Below, in pieces: positions 55,391-64,000 of a stretch of 64,000 nucleotides of DNA (position 1 is the stretch's first letter; each line of letters starts with the position of its first letter). The stretch covers positions 3,765,938 through 3,829,937 of the forward strand of contig NC_057720.1 of the NCBI RefSeq assembly GCF_004010195.1. The letters run 5' to 3'. The notes below the pieces were generated by a model. It worked only from the letters and a program-made list of their open reading frames with translations. It made no database searches and had not been told where the DNA came from. A program made the translations under genes and the position numbers. This DNA is from Chiloscyllium plagiosum (Eukaryota).

Positions 55391-55575
55391 CTGCTCGTCG
55401 GATGCTGCCTGAATTGCTGTGCTTTTCCAGCACCACTCTAATCTTGACTCTAATCTCCAATAACTGCAGTACCCACTTCTGCCTCAGCCATGATTTTATT
55501 GAATGGCAGAGAAAGCCCAAGAGGCTGAGTGGCCTACTCCTGGTTTGTATGAACCTTGGCTGATGTTTACAAGAG

Positions 55576-55762
55576 GGGAAAGTGAGGACTGCAGATGCTG
55601 GAGATCAGAGCCGAAAATGTGTTGCTGGAAAAGTGCAGCAGGTCGGGCAGCATCCAAGGAAGGAGGGCTTCCTGAAGAAGGGCTCATGCGCGAAACGTCG
55701 ATTTTCCTGTTCCTTGGATGCTGCCTGACCTGCTGCGCATTTCCAGCAACACATTTTCAGCT
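55576..55762. mobile_element. Penelope-derived mini-insertion with hammerhead motif
   Basis: 16-bp TSD ctgatgtttacaagag (55560-55575 and 55763-55778); core ctgaagaagggctcatgcgcgaaacgtc at 55672-55699. Confidence 0.8.
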
Positions 55763-55810
55763 CTGATGTTTACAAGAGCCGACCTTCAGTCTTGCTAAAA
55801 TCCACCTTAC

Positions 55811-56001
55811 CCAGAATGATCGGGTGCCATTCAATGTGGCTTATCCTCTTCCCTTGGCTCTTTTGAAGGTCTGTGAAAGACTGGTACTCCTTTAGATGGC
55901 AATCTGCTTTCCCTCCAAATGTACTATCTTCATCCGAAAGTCCTCTCCAGTCATCGTAAAAGACATCCATGATCTCATTTTGTTGTAGGGCTGACTCAAA
56001 C
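55811..56001 (-). CDS. DNAI3: DNAI3/WDR63 coding exon 2 in window, 191 bp, phase 2/1
   Basis: Acceptor ttccag|G and donor G|gtaagg. Translates FESALQQNEIMDVFYDDWRGLSDEDSTFGGKADCHLKEYQSFTDLQKSQGKRISHIEWHPIIL; ALQQNEIM..KEYQSFTDL..WHP is characteristic of WDR63/IC140. Confidence 0.95.
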
Positions 56002-57759
56002 CTGGAATGCAAGTGTAACTTTGCAAAGACTGCATCAGTTCCTGAGCTATATACCTCAGGCAAGTTAAATGGGGCTTGGAAAGACTATAGCACAGGTTGA
56101 TTAGACCTTATTGTTGATTATTCACCTTACAGAGGTTCACTAAATCAAGAGGAGCATTGATAAGGTGGAGGACAAGGGTCTTTACCCTACAGTGGGGGAG
56201 TCCAAAACTGGGGGATATATTTTTAGGGTGAGAGGAGAAAGACTTAAAAAGGATATGAGGGGCAACTTTTTTACATAGAGTGGTTCATATATGGATAACT
56301 ACATGAAAGGTTTGGAGACATATGGGCCAAACGCAGGCAGGTGGGGCTAGTTTCGTTTTGGAACATGGTCAGCATGGACTGGTTGGACCGAAGGGTCTGA
56401 TTCTGTGCTGTATGTCTCCATAGCTCTAGCATGCTATCAGGGATAACATGGCTTTAAGTCAGGCCATATAGGCCATATAGACATGGCTCGTATTCCCTTG
56501 GAGAGATATAGAAGATCAAGGAGGTATCCAATAGAGGGGATATGAGGAAAGATACTTTCACCCAGAGGGTGATGGGGAATCTGGAGCTCACTGCGTGTAA
56601 GGGTGGGAGAACCTCATCACATTGAAGTAGTGTGTGCATGTACAAAATATTCCAGGAAATGGGCCAAGTGCTGGAAAGTGGAATTAGAATAGTTTGATGG
56701 TTGTTTTTGACTCAATGGCCGAAGGGCATTTTTCCGTGGTGCAGATCTCTAAGACTCCAAGGAGTGAACCAATTGAGTGTTGACAATGACAAAAGAATTT
56801 TCAAATCATCAAGGGGAACAGTTTGGGTAGACTGCGGGAAATATTTTCTGATTGTGGCAGGGGATAGGGATCGGGAGTTCCTGGAATTTGTGGAGTTGAC
56901 TAGAATAAGAGTGAGTTCTTCATTTGTAACTTCTTCACACAATGAGCAGCAGAATGCTGGATAGTCTCTGTTAAAAACATCACTGAAGCAGTTACCAATT
57001 TTAAAACTAAGTGCGATAGCTTTTTGTCTGACAAAGATATTGAGAGACACCTGGTAAAGTGGGAGCTTGGATTTTGGTTGCAGACCATCCATGATACTGT
57101 TGAATAGCAGGACATTACTGAGGGACGTAAAGGCCTTCTCCTATTCTGATGACCCTGTGTCTATCTGGTGGAGCAGAGTATGTTGTTAATGTAAAGGTAT
57201 GAAAAGGCCAGACTAGCAAAAAAAACAATTGGCCCCTGCCCCACACAGTCACTTTGCAATTTAACAAAGCAGTTTCTAAATCTCCCTCCTGTCTGCCAGG
57301 GAGATGTCAAATACATTGAAAATAATCGAGGCCAGTTTAACTCAAATAGGAATTCTTGTAAATTCCTCTCCAAGCAGTCTTTACTTTGACCTGTTCTGCC
57401 TATTAATCAGAATCACCGCCTACAGAACCCACAATCTATTATTTGGAGATAAATCTTACTCTCTGCACTTTAGCCTTTCCTTTCACCTCTCTTCCCTCAC
57501 CTCTCTCCTCCAATACACTTACCTTCGGAGGAGGTCTGCAGCCATTAGATGCTCTCGCTAAAATAAAAATAAAAGAACTGCTGATGCTGGAGATCTGAAA
57601 CAAAAACAGAAACTGCTGGAGGAACTCAGCAGGTCTGGGCAGCATTTGTGGGGAGAAAGCAGAGTCAACATTTTGAGTCTTTTCATCAGACCTTTCATCA
57701 TCTCAGTTCTGAAGAAGAGTCACTCGACCCAAAACATTAACTCCACTTTCTCTGTGATT

Positions 57760-58515
57760 TTTGAGAAGATTTGTAGCTCAGGTTGAGGTTCAGGTTGTAA
57801 GTTTGCTCGTTGAGCTGGCAGGTTTGTTCTCAGCTGTTTCATCACCATGCTCGGTAACATCATCAGTGAGCCTCCGACAGAGCGCTGGTATTCTGTCTCA
57901 CTTGCTAGTTATGTGTCTTGGTCTGTTTTGGTGGGTGATATCACTTCTGGTTGTGTTTCGGAGAGGTTGGTAAATTGGGGTCCAATTCAATGTGTTTGTC
58001 ATTGGAGTTCCAGTTTGAATGCCAGGCCTCTAGGAATTCCCGTGTGTGTCTTTGTTTAGCTTGTCCCAGAATGGATTTATTGTTCCAGTTGAACTGGTGC
58101 CCCTCTTTGTCTACATGTAAGGATACTTGTGATAGTTGGTCATGTCTTTTCGTGGCTGATTCTGTTCCTGTATCGTGGTGGGTAGTTTCCTGCCCAGGTG
58201 TCTGATGTAATGTTTATTGCAGTCCTTGCAGGGTATTTTAGTAAATGATGTTTGTTCTGCTGGTTGTTGGTAAGGGGTCATTGGATTCAGTAGCAGCTGT
58301 TTCAGCTTAGTGGAAGGTTTGTGGGTTACCATGATGCCTAGGGGCCAGAGTAGTCTGGATGGATAGCACCCACCACAACAGACCAAGGCACATAAGTAGG
58401 AAGTGGGACAGAACGCCAGCGTTTCACCAGAGGCTCATTGATGATGCTACCTAGCATGGTGTTGAAACTTTTGAGAACAAACCTACAAGCTCAGTAAGCA
58501 AACTTACAACCTGAT
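57760..58515 (-). mobile_element. Second Penelope-like family, GIY-YIG remnant between inverted pLTRs
   Basis: Encodes KIPCKDCNKHYI and REFLEAWHSN on the minus strand; 57760-57875 and 58425-58515 are inverted copies of each other. Confidence 0.8.
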
Positions 58516-59681
58516 CCACTTTCTCTCCACAAATGCTGCCAGACCTGCTGAGTTTCTCCAGCAATTTCTGCTTTTGTTTCCAATCTCCAGCATCCATAGT
58601 TCTTTGTTTTCTATTATTGAAGACATTGGCTCTGCTCTTCCCAATAATTAGACAGAGGAATTTACTGCCAGCTTAATACTGGATGTTGGATAAACAATCA
58701 ACAGTTTAGAGACAGTGAGGGCATGCATATTAGACACTTTGATGTTGACCTGAGTATCATCAGTTCATACGCCCAATTGATGTGTTTTTAAACATTGTCA
58801 GCAAGGGGCCAGCACAGCAATAAGAAATAGGAGAAGCCGATGGGAATGCAAGACCAATTTATTTAATCTCAGTCATGAACCCTTCAAATTAGACTTCATT
58901 GTCTATTCTTACTCTTACATTGTTTCCAAGGCCAGTATCTAATGTATGTTATAAATGTGCATTCTCAACCTCGGAGAATAAGTTTCTGGAATAAGTATTA
59001 AATTTCCAGGGAAGCAGAAGCCTGGGATAAACATCTTTAGGGAATTTTGCATACTCTCCATTTACTATAGACATTCATTTAAAAAAAATCATTTGTGGGA
59101 CATGTGCATCACAGACTGGGCAAGTATTTATTGCCCGTTCCTAGTTGCCCCTTGAGAAGGTGGGGGTGAACTGCCTTCTTGAACCGCTGCAGTCCATTTG
59201 CTGTGGGTTGACCCACAATGCCCTTAGGGAGGAAATGATGTTGGAATGGGGTGGCCAAGGTCAGAAATCATATGACACCAGGTTATAGTCCAACGGGTTT
59301 ATTTGATATCACAAGCTATCGGAGTATTGTCCCTTTGTCAGGTGATGGGGCAATGCTCCGAAAGCTTGTGATTTCAAACAAACCTGTTGAACTATAACCT
59401 GGTGCCATCTGACTTCTGACATTAAGGAGGGAATTTCAGGACTTTGACCTGGCAACAGTGAAGGAATAGTCATATATTTCCAGAACAAGATGGTGAGTGG
59501 CTCAGAGAGGAATTTGCGGGGGTTGGTTTTCCCAAGTATCTGCTGCCCTTGTCCTTCTCGATAGAAGTGGTCGTGGATTGACTACAAGTGATTATTTCAT
59601 TAATATTCCATGAAGGACACTCCTTCTCAAACTTTCCACTCACCTGAGGTATGGTGACCCTCAGGTTAACCCACCTCCAGT

Positions 59682-59716
<35 letters not shown>

Positions 59717-59721
59717 CTCTC
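59682..59721. repeat. (CT)n microsatellite inside a third SINE family (other copies ~13885-14080 +, 33260-33440 -)
   Basis: Read directly; flanking motif ggtgaccctcaggttaa recurs in the other copies. Confidence 0.75.
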
Positions 59722-59874
59722 TAATAAGATCAGCCCCATGATCTGGTAAGACTATGGCGACCTTACCTGAACGTTTATGTTTGTAACGTGTGTGGCCATG
59801 AAGTTAGGTTGGTCATGTGCTTTAAGTCTGGTAACATATCCAATCGGATTTGGCAATTCAATATACAACTGTAC

Positions 59875-59991
59875 CTCAAAGCGACCGAGTTGATAAACAT
59901 GGTAAGAGCTTCAGATTTTAACATTTCATCTTTTTCCTCTTGTGTGAACTCACTGGGTGTATACTGGGTGCAAGCGTTTTGAGGATAGGTC
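59875..59991 (-). CDS. DNAI3: DNAI3/WDR63 internal coding exon (1st in window), 117 bp, phase 2/2
   Basis: Acceptor ctgtttcag|G and donor AG|gtac. Translates (W)TYPQNACTQYTPSEFTQEEKDEMLKSEALTMFINSVAL(R), which resembles the WDR63 segment WTYPKNATTQY as I recall it. Confidence 0.9.
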
Positions 59992-61283
59992 CTGAAACAG
60001 CAACAGTTAAAACACAGTGTAAACAAGATAGAACTCCAAGCAGGATGGTTTGTTGAATTTTAAGTGTTTTTAGAATGAGATGGTGTAGAATGTGGCCATT
60101 TTAAAGTCGACCTCATAAGTTTGGCCCTAACTATTTATTCACCCTATGATTATAATACTAAAGTATGATATGAGAAAGCCACCCTGGTCAGATTACTTCT
60201 TGCTGTATATTGTGAAAAATCATTCTTTGTCATGAAAATTGCCCAGCTTATTTCAGGTTACTGTGAAAGGGTAAGAAGTCTCACCATTTTAACAGGTAAA
60301 GCTAGCTGTTTCAAGCTGAAACTGTGCAGTAGCTGCACGAGAGGTGCTCACCACTAACAGAATGCTGCCATTAAACCAAAAAGACATTCTGCCTGTCGGA
60401 TGAATGGGTATGTGGTATGTGAATTTTAGTGTCAGTCTGGTGTCAGGTATGTAGGCTGTATGTCCCAAAGACTGGTCGATCATATCAAACGGTGATAAAT
60501 TTAAGACAGTTATCAGAGGCAGGTTCTTTACTCAGAGAGTGGTAAGGGCGTGGAATGCCCTGCCTGCCAATGTAGTTAACTCAGCCACATTATAGGTCAT
60601 TGAAACATAGGCATATAGATGATGATGGGATAGTGTAGGGAAATGGGCTTAGATTAGTTCACAGGTCAGCGCAACATCGAGAGCCAAAGGGCCTGTTCTG
60701 CGCTCTATTGTTCTTTGTTCTATGTTCTATAACAGAGCTGTTCATGAAAAGCAAGACTAAACCCAGCCAACCTGTATTTATAAAACTCAGCACAGTGTCC
60801 AACATTAGTTGTGATTCTGCAATTGGACAACACTTGCTGGGTAATCCTGAGTGTGTGAAGAATAAGGCTGATGACAAATTATGATTGTTGGTTGGAGTCG
60901 TTGGGTGGCACACTTACTAGTACTGGAAACTATATAATATTAATACACAGGGCCCAATTCCTTGATTTGATTTGGTTTATTATTGTCACATGTACCGAAG
61001 TACAATGAAAAGTTTTGTTCAGCGTGCAGTATGTGTAGATCATACCATACCAGAGCAAGGTCAACATTAAGTTTAAAATTTGAGAGGTCCTTGCAGACAG
61101 AAAGAACATGTGCTCACACCTGCACTCAGTTGAACTCAACAAAATAGATGCCAGCCATTCGCTGGTTCATTTCTCAGGGTGACCCACACAATTACAGTCA
61201 CCGTGCTTGATTTAAAATTTAAACAATGCCTGGCAGTTAACTGTCAATCAGCACTAATAGGGCATTTTTCATGGCAACATCTC

Positions 61284-63264
61284 TGTCGTCATTGTAATGA
61301 GGTCAGCCAGGTGGACCTCACAGAATACAAGTTCCCTGATTGGGGCTGTTAACCTAGTCCAATCAGGGAGACTTGGCTGACAGATATGAACAGGAGCAGA
61401 TCACACAGCACTGCCCTTTGATGTGAAGGGCAGTGCTTGTCACTGGCCACCCGGGTGTTTTCCTATCTTCCTGGTGGTGGAAATTGAATAAAGATTGGTG
61501 CACTTTGTGTCTTTCACTGTGTCTCACACCTGCACACACACACCATGGGTGCTGGGGATAAAATAAGCACTACCGCACTTAGGCGGTAGTGTGGGGTTAA
61601 AAGAAAAAAAAAAAAAAAGAAAAAAAAATAAATAAATAAATAAACAGAAGGTTCTTCCTGGTGGTGGAAATTGAATAAAGATTGGTGCACTTTGTGTCTT
61701 TCACTGTGTCTCACACTTGCACACACACACCATGAGTGCTGGGGATAAAATAAGCACTACCGCACTTAGGTGATAGTGTGGGGGTTAAAAGAAAAAAAAA
61801 AGAAAAAAGAAAAAAAAAGGAAAAAAAAAAAAAATGAACAGGAGCAGATCACACAGCACTGCCCTTTGATGTGAAGGGCAGTGCTTGTCACTGGCCACCC
61901 GGGTGTTTTCCTATCTTCCTGGTGGTGGAAATTGAATAAAGATTGGTGCACTTTGTGTCTTTCACTGTGTCTCACCCCTGCACACACACACCATGGGTGC
62001 TGGGGATAAAATAAGCACTACCGCATTTAGGTGGTAGTGTGGGGATTAAATAAGAACGAAAAAAATAAATAAATAAATAAACAGGAGTATTGGCTTGCTA
62101 AAAAAAAAAGGAAAAAAATTAAACCCCCTAGATGCCTGCCCCTCTTCCGCGGTTATGTTAGAAGAAAAAAAGAAAAAGAAAAAAAAAAAAAATGAACAGG
62201 AGCAGATCACACAGCACTGCCCTTTGATGTGAAGGGCAGTGCTTGTCACTGGCCACCCGGGTGTTTTCCTATCTTCCTGGTGGTGGAAATTGAATAAAGA
62301 TTCGTGCACTTTGTGTCTTTCACTGTGTCTCACACCTGCAAAAAAAAAAAGAAAAAAGAGAGAAAAAAAAAAAGAACAGGAGCAGATCACACAGCACTGC
62401 CCTTTGATGTGAAGGGCAGTGTTTGTCACTGGCCACCCGGGTGTTTTCCTATCTTCCTGGTGGTGGAAATTGAATAAAGATTCGTGCACTTTGTGTCTTT
62501 CACTGTGTCTCACACCTGCACACACACACCATGGGTGCTGGGGGAAAAAAAATAAGCACTACCGCACTTAGGTGGTAGTGTGGGGGTTAAAAAAGAAATA
62601 AAAAGAAAAAAAAAGAGAAAAAAAAGAAGATAAAAAAAATTAACAAAAAAAATAAAATAAACAGGAGCAGATCACACAGCACTGCCCTTTAATGTGAAGG
62701 GCAGTGTTTGTCACTGGCCACCCGGGTGTTTTCCTATCTTCCTGGTGGTGGAAATTGAATAAAGATTCGTGCACTTTGTGTCTTTCACTGTGTCTCCCAC
62801 CTGCACACACACACCATGGGTGCTGGGGGTAAAATAAGCACTACCGCACTTAGGTGGTAGTGTGGGGGTTAAATTTAAAAAAAAAGAAAAAAAAAGAAAA
62901 AAATAAAAAAAAATAAACAGGAGCAGATCACACAGCACTGCCCTTTGATGTGAAGGGCAGTGTTTGTCACTGGCCACTCAGGTGTTTGCCTATTGTGAGT
63001 ATATGTGCAAGGACTCTCCTTGAAGGGGACTATCCCTGGACTAGCTGCCCTACAGAGAGAGGAAGGAAGAAAGAAGAAGGAGAAGAAGAAGAGACCAGTA
63101 CTCCCACTGCTGGTCTCTGGGACCCCGCCCAGACAAGAAAAAAAAATAAACAGGAGCATCCAACATCCTGACACCCTGAGAGAACTGGATCAGTGTCAAG
63201 GACCTTCCATGTGAATAAAGGGCAACTTAGTGATGGGAGACTAGATCTCTGTAGAGTTATTTAA
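61284..63264 (+). mobile_element. Short solo LTR (61284-61396 plus 63157-63264) split by an inserted array
   Basis: Perfect TSD ATCTC (61279-61283 and 63265-63269); both halves match LTR copies at 25480-25590, 32560-32687 and 39704-39881; CCAAT, TATA-like and AATAAA signals present. Confidence 0.85.
61397..63156 (+). repeat. Head-to-tail array of 7 related poly(A)-tailed non-coding units plus 2 short unrelated A-tailed fragments
   Basis: Units start at 61397, ~61653 (5'-truncated), 61845, 62203 (3'-truncated), 62383, 62668 and 62924 (different 3' body). Each unit is followed by an A-rich tail and AACAGGAG (AACAGAAG after unit 1). Confidence 0.9.
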
Positions 63265-64000
63265 ATCTCTACCAATCAGAGCTCACTAACCAATTAATCA
63301 GCATTCTCCTCCCATGCAGTATAAATGTTGGCTCTCCCCTTGATGTGATATTCTTGCAAATTGTCCAGATGAGTGCAAGTCAAAAAGTTATAACAAAATA
63401 TATCTTGTGTTAGCAATACTTGAGGCGATGTGTAGCACTGTGTCTATCTATTTGAAAGGGTTGTCCAGTTACCGTCCCTCTGCCATGCTGTTCTCACAAT
63501 CCTGAAAATGTTCCCTTTCTAAACTTTTCTTAAATTTCCTTTTTAAAGCTATCATTGAATATGCTTCAATCTAACACTGTTTCATGCAGCATATTCCAGA
63601 TCACACGTCACTACGTAAACAACAATTCGCATGTCTCCTTCCCCCCCAGTTCCTCTACCAATGACCTTAGAAACTGTTTCTCTTCATTCACTGCTTCCAA
63701 ACCTCTTCTGATTTGGATTAAATAGTGATTCTCCTTAAATCTCCCTTGACATTTTCTAACCAAAACATCTCTCTCCTTCCAGTCACTCCATATTGTTTGA
63801 AGTGTTTCCCAGAAACACATTTTCCTCTCCGCCGTCTCTAACATCTCCTATCTGCTTCCATTGCCCGGTGTGTTCCAAAGTGTAAGAATTCATTAAATTC
63901 TCCTCATCTCACTCTCTGCTTTTTGAGCCAACTGCCTTTAATCTCTGGGATTTTAGTTTATTTATTCCATGATAAACCAGCAATAATTGCCCATCCCAAC

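Larger units (their letters stand above)
54127..55485. mobile_element. Penelope-like element with inversion (minus arm 54127-54690, plus arm 54691-55485)
   Basis: GIY-YIG motifs FTCTSTNIIYCIRCSRCGHLYIG (+) and PVAQHFNSPSHS..RRLEEERLIFRLGTLQPQGINVDF (-); hammerhead cores at both ends. Confidence 0.88.
60260..63420 (+). mobile_element. Third Penelope-like family remnant hosting nested insertions
   Basis: VVCEF*CQSGVRYVGCMSQRLVDHIK (~60410-60488) and DSAIGQHLLGNPEC (~60812-60855); decayed hammerhead-like end cagatgagtgcaagtcaaaaag at ~63366, with a similar end at ~6213. Confidence 0.65.

Noticed and set aside
61397..63156. CRISPR-like or satellite interpretation, and the repeated ORFs (MCAGVRHSERHKVH...)
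   Set aside because: Eukaryotic context, no cas genes, and no unique spacers between short repeats. The ORFs are antisense readings of the unit running into poly-T (poly-Phe).
60000..64000. Further upstream DNAI3 exon
   Set aside because: I found no phase-2 donor exon with a plausible WDR63-like sequence; it probably lies beyond the window.

Overview
Vertebrate, intron-dominated DNA, most likely from a shark or ray. This is inferred from HE1-type V-SINEs that share their 3' tail with CR1/HER1-type LINEs. The only host gene I can support is on the minus strand: 11 internal coding exons of DNAI3/WDR63 (axonemal dynein intermediate chain, WD40). All have canonical AG/GT boundaries and matching phases, and they join into 1235 nt of open frame; the start and stop codons lie outside the window. 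Nearly all other sequence is transposon-derived: CR1/HER1 LINE fragments, HE1 and other tRNA-SINEs, Rex/Babar-like and L2-like LINE remnants, short solo LTRs, and at least three Penelope-like (GIY-YIG) families whose termini carry minimal hammerhead ribozyme motifs. The most unusual feature is at 61284-63264. A ~220-bp solo LTR with a perfect ATCTC target duplication has been expanded by ~1.76 kb of stacked, poly(A)-tailed, hairpin-bounded non-coding units, almost all bounded by the motif AACAGGAG from the LTR's TATA-box region. This looks like a sequence-specific retroelement that repeatedly targets another transposon's promoter. There is one assembly gap (55050-55293). Repeat boundaries were estimated by eye and no database searches were run.
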